Under the pieces are notes generated by a model. That model did no database searches, was not told the origin of the DNA, and saw nothing but the letters and a program-made list of their open reading frames with translations. From an uncultured Pseudomonadota bacterium (GTDB lineage Bacteria; Pseudomonadota; Alphaproteobacteria; Rs-D84): a DNA stretch of 64,000 nt. The stretch lies in contig CASDTC010000008.1 of assembly GCA_949283535.1 (NCBI GenBank), positions 2,717-66,716 of the forward strand. The letters run 5' to 3'. This document shows, in pieces, positions 31,029 through 41,454 of this stretch. Each line of letters begins with the position of its first letter. The stretch's first letter is position 1. Both the position numbers and the translations under genes were made by a program.

Positions 31029-32567
31029 TTAATCTTCGCCCTGGGTTATACCGTATGCCAATTCACGCGCCTTCATGATAACGCGACCAGCAAGACGCGG
31101 ACTCATCGTATCTTCGCCCAAGATCTCAATTAATTCGTCTGTTGACAGGTCTGCCAAATCATCCAGTGATTTTATACCAGCATTACCCAACTGCATTATA
31201 ATCGGGCGTTTGATAAAATCAAAGTTTAATAAGTCATCTGACATTCCTAATTTATGTCCCGTGTCTTTATATTCTTGTTCTTGTTGTTCCAAATACTTGC
31301 GGGCGCGATTTTGCAATTCTGTTGCCAGTTCTGCATTAAAGCCTTCGATACTTTCCAGTTCACTGATGTCAACAAATGCAATTTCTTCGATTGTACGAAA
31401 TCCTTCGGTAATTAACAAGTGTGCCAACATTTCATCAACATCCAGACCACGGATAAATAATTCTGTCTTTTCTTTGACTTCTTTGGCACGGCGTTCTTGT
31501 TCTTCGGATTCATTCATAACATCAATATTCCAGCCTGTTAATTGTGATGCCAAACGCACATTTTGACCGCGGCGCCCAATTGCCAATGATTGTTGATCTT
31601 CATTAACAACAACCGCCGCACGGCGTGCATCTTCATCAACAATTATTTTTGCAACCTTGGCAGGCTGCATCGCATTAACGATAAATACCGCCGGGTCATC
31701 AGAATACAAAATTACATCAATTTTTTCACCGTGGCATTCATTAATAACTGGCTGAATACGCGTTCCTTTGATACCAACGGTCATACCAACCGCATCGATT
31801 GATGGATCCTGGGTTTCGACGGCAATTTTTGCATGACTGCCGGGGGCGCGTGCAACGGATTTAATTTTGATAACACCTTCGTAAATTTCTGGCACTTCTT
31901 GGACAAACAATTTTTCCATAAACATTGGATGTGTTCGGGTCAAGAAAATCTGGGGTCCAGAATTGGAACGCGTAACATCCATAATCAATGCGCGTACACG
32001 ATCGCCAACCGCCAAACGTTCGCCTGGAATTAATTCAGTACCCTTGATATATCCTTCGGCTTTACCATTAATATCGACAAAAACATTACCGAATTCAATA
32101 CGCTTTACAACACCACTGACGATATCACCGATGTTATCTTTGAATTCTTCGTATTGGCGTCCCTTTTCAGCATCACGAACACGTGCAGTCATTATTTGTT
32201 TTGCAGTTTGGAATGCCATACGACCAAATTCTGGTTCTGGCAATGGGTCTTCGACCATATCGCCAACCTGTGGATTTTTAGCATATTTTTTTGCCTGGGA
32301 TACAGTTAACATCGTATTTGCATCATATTCATCACCCTTTGATTCAGGGGAATCAATAACCTCGAACAATCGTTTAACATGAATAGATCCGTTTTTACGG
32401 TCGATTTCAGCGGTGATATTAAATTCTTCGCCATATTTATGTTTTGCGATTTTTGCGATTGCTGCCTCTAATGATTCAATAACAATTTCGCGATCAATTT
32501 GTTTTTCCTGTGCCAATGAATCTATTGCCAGCAGCAAATCTTGGCGGGGCATTGATACAAAAGACAT
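31029..32567 (-). CDS. nusA: Transcription factor NusA
   Basis: FGR..FQTAKQ, S1/KH domains, AIGRRGQNVRLAS, C-terminal repeats. Confidence 0.97.
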   Translation of the reverse strand: MSFVSMPRQDLLLAIDSLAQEKQIDREIVIESLEAAIAKIAKHKYGEEFNITAEIDRKNGSIHVKRLFEVIDSPESKGDEYDANTMLTVSQAKKYAKNPQVGDMVEDPLPEPEFGRMAFQTAKQIMTARVRDAEKGRQYEEFKDNIGDIVSGVVKRIEFGNVFVDINGKAEGYIKGTELIPGERLAVGDRVRALIMDVTRSNSGPQIFLTRTHPMFMEKLFVQEVPEIYEGVIKIKSVARAPGSHAKIAVETQDPSIDAVGMTVGIKGTRIQPVINECHGEKIDVILYSDDPAVFIVNAMQPAKVAKIIVDEDARRAAVVVNEDQQSLAIGRRGQNVRLASQLTGWNIDVMNESEEQERRAKEVKEKTELFIRGLDVDEMLAHLLITEGFRTIEEIAFVDISELESIEGFNAELATELQNRARKYLEQQEQEYKDTGHKLGMSDDLLNFDFIKRPIIMQLGNAGIKSLDDLADLSTDELIEILGEDTMSPRLAGRVIMKARELAYGITQGED

Positions 32568-32598
32568 TATAATTTCTCCTTTGATTTATAGTATGTAC

Positions 32599-32695
32599 GC
32601 CGTCTTTTACTGAAAAGGCGGGGTTTTGCAACCCCGCCCTTAAAAAACTTTTTTAAGAACATTTTGTATTATAACTGCGAATCGGATAAATGCAA
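32599..32695 (-). promoter_or_regulatory. nusA promoter and leader terminator/attenuator (rimP-leader-like)
   Basis: Minus strand TTGCAT-N16-TATAAT (32695-32668), then GGCGGGGTT-GCAA-AACCCCGCC-TTTT (32638-32613) before the nusA start. Confidence 0.65.
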
Positions 32696-32781
32696 GGAAA
32701 TTCTGAAATTTTTGCCAATATTCATGGTTTTTATGTTAAATATATTTGACGGTTTATGTTTTGGGCTTTATACTGCAAAAT

Positions 32782-33840
32782 ATGAAAATATTGAACAGGT
32801 ATTTTTCGCGTCAACTGGTCGCGATTTTTATAATGCTGTTGTTGGTACTGACGGGATTGGCATGGATGCTGCAAATCATGTCAATGATGAAGTTGTTATT
32901 AAATTACGGCATTGAATTGACCAGTTTCTTGGGGCTGACCGTGTTAATGGTGCCGTTTATTATATCTATTATTATCCCATTTGTTACATTTATTGCAATT
33001 ATATTTGTGTATAATAAACTGATTTCTGATAATGAAATAACTGTTATGGCGGCGTCTGGATTGGCACCAGGACAAATTGCACGACCGGCATTAATATTGG
33101 CAACCATACTGACAATCGTACATCTGGCATTAAATATATGGATTGTGCCAGAATCACAATCGCGATTTTACAGTACGCAATGGAATTTACGATATGGTTT
33201 GGCGCATATGAAATTGCAAGAATCCGCATTCACACAACTGACCGATGGTCTGGTGGTATATGTGGACAAGGTGTCTGGACATGACCTGTCCCAGGTTATG
33301 TTATCTGATATGCGTGATAAAGACGCACCAATTACAATATTTGCAGAAAAAGGGAAACTGGTTTCAACACCACGCGGGTTGTCAATCGTTATGACAAATG
33401 GTTCTTTGCAAGCCAGTGGCGATACAATGACAACCGGGACATTTGACAGTTTTGATATGGATTTAAATGTCGCAGATAAAGAAAGTGAATCTTCATTCCG
33501 TGTACGGCGTGTACCAACATTGACACTGGTGAAATCTGTGCTGGATGCGCCATCTGAAAAACAGCATAAAATGGTTTTATCAGAACTATCCACCAGATTC
33601 TTGGGGCCCATTATGAATCTGATATTGGCGGCATTATGTACAGTTATCTTATTAAGAACATCTTTACTGCGGCGGCGTACCAGCTTTGCCCCGGCAATGG
33701 CGGTGGCGGCAATGGCGATTGCGATGTCCGCATTTATGTCATTATCGAATATGATTAACAGTTTAACTGATTTCATACTGTTGGCATTTGGAATTATTAT
33801 CGCATTAATTGGAATATTGTTTGTGTTATTTAAAAAATGA
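32782..33840 (+). CDS. lptF: LPS export ABC permease LptF/LptG family
   Basis: MKILNRY, L..DNE..VM.ASG.....I.RP; 3 TM + periplasmic domain + 3 TM; upstream of lptD. Confidence 0.88.
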   Translation: MKILNRYFSRQLVAIFIMLLLVLTGLAWMLQIMSMMKLLLNYGIELTSFLGLTVLMVPFIISIIIPFVTFIAIIFVYNKLISDNEITVMAASGLAPGQIARPALILATILTIVHLALNIWIVPESQSRFYSTQWNLRYGLAHMKLQESAFTQLTDGLVVYVDKVSGHDLSQVMLSDMRDKDAPITIFAEKGKLVSTPRGLSIVMTNGSLQASGDTMTTGTFDSFDMDLNVADKESESSFRVRRVPTLTLVKSVLDAPSEKQHKMVLSELSTRFLGPIMNLILAALCTVILLRTSLLRRRTSFAPAMAVAAMAIAMSAFMSLSNMINSLTDFILLAFGIIIALIGILFVLFKK

Positions 33841-35849
33841 AGAAACCCAGCGCATTTTTATTGTACTGCATTTTGCCGGCGACCGCTGGGGCGGCATCTA
33901 TTGATATGGAAACGCCAAAAACAATAACTGCCGATAAAATCGAATATGATGTGAACACAGAAACAATAAAAACATCTGGGAATACAGAAATTGTAAATGC
34001 ATCGGGTCAGCGTATGACGCTGACAGATTCCTATCTATCCAAAAATGGTGAAAATCTGTCGGGCGATGATATAAAATTATGGCTGGGCGATCATGTGTAT
34101 ATTGAATCCGACAATATAACCCGCGATGGTATTGAAACAATTGCATATAACGCAACATTTACCGCATGTGATAATTGTGATGCATTTGGCGATGCATGGA
34201 AAATAACAACACAAAAGATTGTTCATGATATGGACAGTCGTATGTTGCGTTTTTATAACCCGGTGTTGCGAACATACGATATTCCCGTTTTTTGGTTGCC
34301 GTTCTTTGAAATGCCAGACCCGGGCATTCGACACAAAACGGGATTTTTAATGCCTGATTTTGGTTCAACAAATAATATGGGAACCCAGATAAACATCCCA
34401 CTGTATATCGCGTTTTCAGACACGCATGATATGACATTTACAACATCGTATCTGACCCAAGAAAATCCATTATTTCAACTGGAACACCGATTAAATCTGG
34501 ATCATTCAGAATACAGAACAGATGCGGCATTTACCCATAACCGCGATGGTGAAAATCGCTGGTATATATTTAATAATGATATTATTGAATTGGGTGAATA
34601 TGCGCGCGCAACAATTTTCTTGGAACGCGCATCTGATAAAACATTCTTGCAAAAGTATGGATTCTATGATGACCAGCCATATTTGGATTCGGGCGCAAAA
34701 CTGGAATTATTCGGTCAATCAGGGTATGTTGTTGCCGATGCACATATATTCCAAGAACTGCGCAGTACAACGGGAAATTATTCAACCCCATCGGGCAATA
34801 TTTTACCAAATATCCGGGCAACATATCAAACCGCACCGTTATTCAAAGAAACATATTTAACATTTGATGGTGATATATTGGGTATATCTGGTGATGGCAC
34901 CATGTCCCAGCGTTTAATCGGTGATGCACGAATTGTGTCACCATGGACACTGTGGGGCGGGAATCGAATAACAGCCAGTTTATCTGCGCGTTATGATGTA
35001 TATAATTTTCATTATACGGAAATGATAGATACGGCGGACTTTTCGGGTGTACGCGACAGATTCTTACCCAGCGGATATTTAGAATGGTCGTTGCCATTAT
35101 TCAGACCAACTGACACATGGACCCAGGTTATTGAACCCAAGGCGCGTTTAACCGTTATGCGACATACGGGCGAAGATCAATTTACATTAAATAATGATTC
35201 CGCAGGTGCATTATTATCAGATGCAACACTGTTTTCGGACAATCGTTTTTCTGGATTGGATTTATGGGAAAATGGAACATATGCAGATTATGGTGTTCGA
35301 TATGCCGCATTTAATCAAGACGGTCATATGTTTGAATTATTCTTTGGTCAAACATATGATTTTAATGACCGCGCCGATACAGACCCACGCAGTGGATTCC
35401 ACAATGGCGCATCTGATTATGTGGGGCGGCTGGAATATAACAATATGAAGTGGCTTGATTTATCAACACGGTTCAGATTATCCCAAGAAGATTTATCAAT
35501 GCGCCATATCGAAACATCGGCAATAATTGGCACATCCAGAAACTATATAGATATTGGACATATATGGTCGCAACAATTTATTGATGCGTATACGGCGGGT
35601 GATGATATAAATGAATTAACTGCGGGGATTGGTATCCAATTGACGAACCGGTGGTCGGTACGCTTTAATGCAATATACAACATGACATATGGTCAATTCC
35701 AGCGGCATTCTGGTGGAATATTCTATACCCATCCATGTTATTATTTATCGGTGGAATATCGTCATGATAATGCAATTAAAGAAGACTATGTTGGAACAAC
35801 ATCGTATCAATTCAGATTTGGTATGAGTATAAATGGTCAACGATATTAA
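33837..35849 (+). CDS. lptD: LPS assembly outer-membrane protein
   Basis: FTAC..C....W, PVFWLP, GFLMP, IEP motif, large beta-barrel. Confidence 0.92.
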   Translation: MKKPSAFLLYCILPATAGAASIDMETPKTITADKIEYDVNTETIKTSGNTEIVNASGQRMTLTDSYLSKNGENLSGDDIKLWLGDHVYIESDNITRDGIETIAYNATFTACDNCDAFGDAWKITTQKIVHDMDSRMLRFYNPVLRTYDIPVFWLPFFEMPDPGIRHKTGFLMPDFGSTNNMGTQINIPLYIAFSDTHDMTFTTSYLTQENPLFQLEHRLNLDHSEYRTDAAFTHNRDGENRWYIFNNDIIELGEYARATIFLERASDKTFLQKYGFYDDQPYLDSGAKLELFGQSGYVVADAHIFQELRSTTGNYSTPSGNILPNIRATYQTAPLFKETYLTFDGDILGISGDGTMSQRLIGDARIVSPWTLWGGNRITASLSARYDVYNFHYTEMIDTADFSGVRDRFLPSGYLEWSLPLFRPTDTWTQVIEPKARLTVMRHTGEDQFTLNNDSAGALLSDATLFSDNRFSGLDLWENGTYADYGVRYAAFNQDGHMFELFFGQTYDFNDRADTDPRSGFHNGASDYVGRLEYNNMKWLDLSTRFRLSQEDLSMRHIETSAIIGTSRNYIDIGHIWSQQFIDAYTAGDDINELTAGIGIQLTNRWSVRFNAIYNMTYGQFQRHSGGIFYTHPCYYLSVEYRHDNAIKEDYVGTTSYQFRFGMSINGQRY

Positions 35850-35870
35850 GCAAGGAAGGAAATAATACAA

Positions 35871-36695
35871 ATGAAAAAAATTGGACTGTTCGTTATATTT
35901 TCATTTATTATGGCGGCACCTGCATTTGGTGCCAGTGTTGTTGCGTCGGTCAATGGCGAACCAATCACAGACGCCGATATTACCGCACGCGTAACACTGA
36001 TGAACAAACAGGGAAAAACATCAACTGATAATCGGCGCCAGGCATTACAAAATATAATTGATGACAGTGTAAAATTAGCATATGCATCAAACTTTAATGC
36101 GGTACCAGATGACAAGGTTGTCGAAGACGAACTGAAAAAAATGAATCTGGGGGAATTATCTGCAACAGAACGCGCAATGGCGTTAAATGCAATGCGTGCA
36201 GAAATTGCATGGCAAATCGTTGTTGCGCGAACAATATTACCAACCGTTGATATAACAGATGCAGATATTGCCGCAGAACGAAATTCAATTGCCCGTGAAC
36301 AGGGGTTGCCAATTGAAATGACCATTATTCGTTTAATCGATATCCCCGCCGATATCGCAGCAAAATTAACCAAGCCCAGCAGTTGTGATGACGCCATGCA
36401 AATGGCGCGTGATTTAGGTGGCGCACCACAAAAATTTACCGCACTGCAATATGAACTGGCCCAAGATATTCGTGCGCGCGTGGTAAATTTACCGCGACTG
36501 ACATGGTCGCCGGTGGTTGATCGTTCTGTATTATTGGTATGTGATACAAAAAGGACCAAAGAATATGGAAAGCTGGACGATATCATTGAACAAAATGCAT
36601 CATTTAAGCAGGCAATGTTTATCGCAGACCAACAATTAAAACAACTGCGCCGAAATGCGGTTGTCGTGATTAATGATGACAGGTATAAGTTATGA
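35871..36695 (+). CDS. SurA-like periplasmic chaperone (reduced)
   Basis: VASVNGEPIT..DI..R; L.QLRR.A.V C-terminus; follows lptD. Confidence 0.8.
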   Translation: MKKIGLFVIFSFIMAAPAFGASVVASVNGEPITDADITARVTLMNKQGKTSTDNRRQALQNIIDDSVKLAYASNFNAVPDDKVVEDELKKMNLGELSATERAMALNAMRAEIAWQIVVARTILPTVDITDADIAAERNSIAREQGLPIEMTIIRLIDIPADIAAKLTKPSSCDDAMQMARDLGGAPQKFTALQYELAQDIRARVVNLPRLTWSPVVDRSVLLVCDTKRTKEYGKLDDIIEQNASFKQAMFIADQQLKQLRRNAVVVINDDRYKL

Positions 36696-37789
36696 AAACG
36701 ATTCTGTTTAATTTAAACGATGCAGAACTGGTGCAATTTGTTGAAAATATTGGTCAGCCCAGATTTCGTGCAAAACAAATTCGTGAATGGTTAAATCGTG
36801 GCGCACCTGATTTTTCTGTTATGAAAAATTTACCAGAATCCCTGCGTAATGATTTAAATAATGTCGCACAGACATTGCCGGTACGCGTTGTAAAAAAACT
36901 GGAATCATCAGATGGTCAGACAACAAAATTCTTGCTGGAATTGGGGGACACAGAACAAATTGAATGCGTGCTGATGCGCACCAGTTATGGCAACAGCGTT
37001 TGCGTCAGTTCCCAGGCAGGATGTGCAATGGGATGCAAATTTTGTGCCAGTACCCTGTTGGGGTTAAAACGCAATTTAACTGTTAATGAAATCTATTCAC
37101 AAATTCTGGTTGCGCAATGGGAATTGCGTAATGATAAATTTTCTGATAAACCAATCCGACCAAATGGCGACGCCAATAACGGTGATGTATCGCATATCGT
37201 TGTTATGGGTACGGGCGAGCCACTGCAAAATGTCGAAAATGTTATCGGATTTATTGAACGCGCAAATTCAGACATGGGTATCGGATGGCGCAAGATTACA
37301 GTATCGACATGCGGAATTGTGCCGGGGATTCGCGAACTGACCCGGTGGGGGCGACCAATCAACCTGGCGATTTCGTTGCATGCGCCAACAGATGCGCTGC
37401 GCAGTCAAATTATGCCGATAAATAATAAATATAAAATAAATGAAGTACTGGATGCGGCGTTCGAATTTTCTGGGCAGCATAACCGACAACTGATGATTGA
37501 ATATATATTGTTAGCGGTGCGGGGCGAAAATGGCGAACCAGAATTATTAAACTGTACGCCCGAACATGCCGAAAAATTATCTGAACTGTTGCGTGGTAAA
37601 AATTGCATGGTGAATTTGATTCCATGGAATGCGGTGGACGAACGCGATTTTATATCGCCATCTGGCAATGCAGTACATCGGTTCCAGGATATTTTGATTA
37701 AAAACGGTGTGCATACACGAATACGGCGCGAACGCGGCAACGATATCGGCAGTGCGTGTGGACAATTGCGTCTGAAACACAAAAAATAA
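36692..37789 (+). CDS. rlmN: Radical-SAM rRNA/tRNA methyltransferase
   Basis: CVSSQAGCAMGCKFC, MG.GEP, ISLHAP, ACGQL. Confidence 0.96.
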   Translation: MKTILFNLNDAELVQFVENIGQPRFRAKQIREWLNRGAPDFSVMKNLPESLRNDLNNVAQTLPVRVVKKLESSDGQTTKFLLELGDTEQIECVLMRTSYGNSVCVSSQAGCAMGCKFCASTLLGLKRNLTVNEIYSQILVAQWELRNDKFSDKPIRPNGDANNGDVSHIVVMGTGEPLQNVENVIGFIERANSDMGIGWRKITVSTCGIVPGIRELTRWGRPINLAISLHAPTDALRSQIMPINNKYKINEVLDAAFEFSGQHNRQLMIEYILLAVRGENGEPELLNCTPEHAEKLSELLRGKNCMVNLIPWNAVDERDFISPSGNAVHRFQDILIKNGVHTRIRRERGNDIGSACGQLRLKHKK

Positions 37790-37809
37790 AACCCGCGATT
37801 GCGGGTTTT
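37788..37809. terminator. Bidirectional intrinsic terminator
   Basis: AAAACCCGC-GATT-GCGGGTTTT between convergent genes. Confidence 0.8.
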
Positions 37810-37812
37810 GTT

Positions 37813-38460
37813 TTATTTATTCGGAATAATCTTGATTTCCACACGGCGATTTTGTTGACGACCGGCGGCGGTTGAATTATCCGCAATCGGATTAGACGCG
37901 CCCATAGATAAAATCTCAAAACGCGTGGCGGCAACGCCCTGACCTTGCAGATATGCGGCAACCGCGTTTGCACGATTCTGTGCCAGTGTTTGATTATATT
38001 GCGCACTGCCCGTGCTGTCTGTGAATCCCATAACCATAACGGTTGAATTATCATATTTATTTAAAACCTTGGCCACGGAATTTAATGTCGAATAAAATCC
38101 GGCGTTTATGTCCGCAGAATCTGTTTTGAATGTGATATTGCCCGGCATAACCAGACGAATATTATCGCCATCGCGAATAACACTGACCCCGGTTGACGCC
38201 AATTCTGCGCGCAGTTCTGCTTCTTGGGTATCCATATAATACCCGACACCACCACCCAGTGCCGCACCAGCCAAACCACCAACCAATGCGCCTTTACCAC
38301 TGTTACCAGCGACCAAGGCACCTGTTGCAGCGCCTGTTGCAGCACCAATTGCGGTGCCCCATACGGCCTTGGATGTTTGGGATTGCCCCGTGTATGGATT
38401 AACTGTTGTGCATGCCGCCAACAGCGACACAGATGCTGCAAAAACAATAAATTTTTTCAT
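37813..38460 (-). CDS. OmpA-family lipoprotein with glycine zipper (YiaD-like)
   Basis: True start MKKF at 38460; LAAC lipobox, NPYTG, Gly zipper, YYMD.QE..LR, NRRVEI. Confidence 0.9.
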   Translation of the reverse strand: MKKFIVFAASVSLLAACTTVNPYTGQSQTSKAVWGTAIGAATGAATGALVAGNSGKGALVGGLAGAALGGGVGYYMDTQEAELRAELASTGVSVIRDGDNIRLVMPGNITFKTDSADINAGFYSTLNSVAKVLNKYDNSTVMVMGFTDSTGSAQYNQTLAQNRANAVAAYLQGQGVAATRFEILSMGASNPIADNSTAAGRQQNRRVEIKIIPNK

Positions 38461-38626
38461 ATTCGTATTTCCTTTTCTTGATAACCCTGTGCAAGGATTA
38501 TATATAAAAAATTTAAAAAGCACAAAATAAAATCGCCCGTTGGGCGATAAAAAAGCCACACTTCGCACAAGGCTTCGTGTGGCACTAAAATTTCTTAAAC
38601 TCACTGCGTTCGTTAACGAAATTTTG

Positions 38627-38709
38627 TGGTGGATGTTGAGGGACTCAAACCCCCGACCCTCTCGGTCTCGGTGTAAACGAGATGCTCTAATCAACTGAGC
38701 TAAACATCC
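38627..38709 (-). tRNA. tRNA-Val(UAC), atypical: 6-nt duplication after the anticodon stem
   Basis: GGATGTT/AACATCC acceptor stem + ACCA; D arm GCTC/GAGC; TCTCG-TTTACAC-CGAGA; extra CCGAGA; T loop TTTGAGT. Confidence 0.88.
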
Positions 38710-38757
38710 GAAACAGCGGGCATATAATAAAATATTTTTTCCCACTTGTCCAGTTTT

Positions 38758-39057
38758 TTATTGCCCAATTGGCAATCCCGCGGTTGCATCGCCCATAACG
38801 CGATCAATTGTGGCATCTGCCTTGGACTTTGCATCATTGTATGCGGCGGCAACCAATTGTGCCACAGCGTCTGCCCCACGCGATAGTGCGTCTTCACGAA
38901 TTGTTATATTTGCCAAATCATATTTACATGTCATATCAATTATACATGCCCCAGAATCAGCAATACCCTTTACATGGGTTTTACCCAATTTGTCTTGGGC
39001 GGCGGCAACCTTGTCTTGTAAAACACTGGCCTGTGTCATTAATGCGTCCATATCCAT
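38758..39057 (-). CDS. YbaB/EbfC nucleoid-associated protein
   Basis: M..LM.QA..LQ.K....Q..L....V.G; LVAAAYNDA. Confidence 0.85.
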   Translation of the reverse strand: MDMDALMTQASVLQDKVAAAQDKLGKTHVKGIADSGACIIDMTCKYDLANITIREDALSRGADAVAQLVAAAYNDAKSKADATIDRVMGDATAGLPIGQ

Positions 39058-39119
39058 TTTTATTTTTCCCCCCATTGGTTTAAAATGCGCGCCCAATTGG
39101 ACGCGCAATATTTTGTTTT

Positions 39120-41300
39120 TTATTTTTTGATTTCTGCGCCAGTTTTCTGGTCGATGCCAACCATGGACATACGCGTTTTGCCGCGTTTATCTGCACCCAG
39201 ATAACGAACGAAAACTTTATCGCCTTCTTTGAACCCGGCATCTTCGATTTTAGCAATGCGTTCACCCGTGATTTCAGAAATATGAACCATTGATTCAAAA
39301 CCATTCAAGATTTTTACGAATAATCCAAAATCTTTGATTCCAGATACAACGCCTGGATAAATTACGCCAACCTCTGGTTCGGCAATAATATCTTTGATAC
39401 GCGCAATTGCAGCATCGGCATCATCCTTTGATGTTGCCATGATTTTCACAGTACCGTCATCTTCCAGATCAATTTGCGTATTTGTTTCACGAACCAACGC
39501 CTGGATAACAGAGCCACCCTTGCCAATAACATCACGAACCTTGTCCGGGTTAATTTTCATTGTGTATAACTGTGGTGCATATTCAGACACATGATCGCGT
39601 GGCGATTTAATTGCCTTTTCAATTTTGCCCAAAATATGCATACGGCCATCTTTTGCCTGTTCTAATGCATGTTTCATGATTTCAAATGTAATGGATGTAA
39701 TTTTTATATCCATTTGCAATGCGGTTATACCCTGGGATGTACCGGTAACCTTGAAATCCATGTCGCCCAAGTGATCTTCATCGCCCAATATGTCGGTCAG
39801 AATGGCGTAATCATCGCCCTCTTTTATCAATCCCATGGCGATGCCAGCGACCGGGCGTTTTAATGGAACGCCACCATCCATCATTGCCAATGTTGCACCG
39901 CATGTCGTTGCCATTGATGATGATCCATTTGATTCCAGAATGTCAGACACAACACGGATTACATAATCAAATTCACTGCGTGATGGTATCATTGGATGCA
40001 ATGCACGCCATGCCAGGTTTCCATGTCCAATTTCACGGCGTCCCGGGGATTTTAATCCCTTGCATTCACCAACAGAATATCCCGGGAAATTATAGTTCAA
40101 TATAAAATCGCGTTCTTCGGCACCATCCAGGTTTTCAATTGGCAATGCATCTTTGCCGCCACCCAATGTTAATGAAACCAATGCCTGGGTTTCACCGCGG
40201 GTGAACAATGCCGAACCATGTGCGCGTGGTAAAACACCCAATTCAATTTCAATTGGACGCACTGTTTTATTATCACGCCCATCAATACGGGGATGCCCCG
40301 CCAAAATATTGCCACGCATAATACGCGCCGTCAGATTTTCCACAATTTCATCCGCCCATGATTCCAATGTGGATGCCGCAGTTTCTGTTTCTGGGAACAG
40401 TTCTGGTATGCGTGCCTTGGCAGATGCATGAATTTGTGCCAATGTGTCCAGACGAACCAATTTTTCTTTTATCTGTAATGCAGATTCAATTTCGCCCGCA
40501 AAAGATTCAAAATCTTTTTCCATTGCGATATATTCGTCTGATTTTTCTGGCGTTGCCCAGCGTGGTTTGCCCGCTTTTTCAGTTAATTCATTAATTGCAC
40601 GGATAACCGCCTGTTGTGCGTCAAAGCCAAATTTCACCGCGCCCAGGACAGTTGCTTCGTCCAATTCACCAATTTCAGATTCAACCATTAACACACCGTC
40701 TTTGGTTGCGGCAACGACCAAATCCATTTCAGAATCTTCAACAAATTTTTTTGATGGATTTAATACATATTTACCATCAGCATAGCTGACGCGTGCCGCG
40801 CCAATTGGACCCGCAAATGGAACACCCGACAATGCCAATGCCGCAGACGATGCAATCATCGCCAAGATATCTGGCTGGTTCTTTTTATCATATGAAAATA
40901 CTTGGGCGACAATTTGTACCTTGTTTTTAAATGTTTCTGGGAACAATGGACGAATTGGACGATCAATCAAGCGTGCGATTAATGTTTCGCCGGTTGATGC
41001 CTTGCCTTCGCGGCGATCGCGTGAACCCGGTATACGACCAGCAGACGCAAATTTTTCCTGGTAATCAACAGTTAATGGGAAAAAGTCTTGCCCTTCGACC
41101 GCATCTTTTTCTGCACAGACCGTTGCCAGAACCATTGTTTCGCCCATTGTTGCCAAAACAGCGCCATTTGCCTGTTTTGCCATGCGACCAGTTTCCAGGT
41201 GCAATACGGTGTCGCCGTATGGAACCTCTACCACAATGGGATTATTTAAATGTGTTTTTTCATCTTTGTTAAATAAACCAAATAACATATTTTTCTCCAT
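39120..41300 (-). CDS. pnp: Polyribonucleotide nucleotidyltransferase
   Basis: DFFPLTVDY, HGSALFTRGETQ, ESNGSSSMA, DHLGDMDFKV, KH and S1 domains. Confidence 0.98.
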   Translation of the reverse strand: MEKNMLFGLFNKDEKTHLNNPIVVEVPYGDTVLHLETGRMAKQANGAVLATMGETMVLATVCAEKDAVEGQDFFPLTVDYQEKFASAGRIPGSRDRREGKASTGETLIARLIDRPIRPLFPETFKNKVQIVAQVFSYDKKNQPDILAMIASSAALALSGVPFAGPIGAARVSYADGKYVLNPSKKFVEDSEMDLVVAATKDGVLMVESEIGELDEATVLGAVKFGFDAQQAVIRAINELTEKAGKPRWATPEKSDEYIAMEKDFESFAGEIESALQIKEKLVRLDTLAQIHASAKARIPELFPETETAASTLESWADEIVENLTARIMRGNILAGHPRIDGRDNKTVRPIEIELGVLPRAHGSALFTRGETQALVSLTLGGGKDALPIENLDGAEERDFILNYNFPGYSVGECKGLKSPGRREIGHGNLAWRALHPMIPSRSEFDYVIRVVSDILESNGSSSMATTCGATLAMMDGGVPLKRPVAGIAMGLIKEGDDYAILTDILGDEDHLGDMDFKVTGTSQGITALQMDIKITSITFEIMKHALEQAKDGRMHILGKIEKAIKSPRDHVSEYAPQLYTMKINPDKVRDVIGKGGSVIQALVRETNTQIDLEDDGTVKIMATSKDDADAAIARIKDIIAEPEVGVIYPGVVSGIKDFGLFVKILNGFESMVHISEITGERIAKIEDAGFKEGDKVFVRYLGADKRGKTRMSMVGIDQKTGAEIKK

Positions 41301-41454
41301 ATTCTTAATTCAGTTTCAATGCGAAGAAAAATCATTCGTTTTTGCATTCTGGGATAAATGCAAGAATGAACAATTTCTTCCCCGCATTAATTGATTATAA
41401 ATAATATTTGCGTATATGCAAACTTTTTTCATTATGTGAAAAAATCACAATGAT

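Noticed and set aside
38461-38745. 95-aa N-terminal extension of the OmpA lipoprotein
   Set aside because: Runs through tRNA-Val and its terminators; the lipoprotein signal starts at 38460
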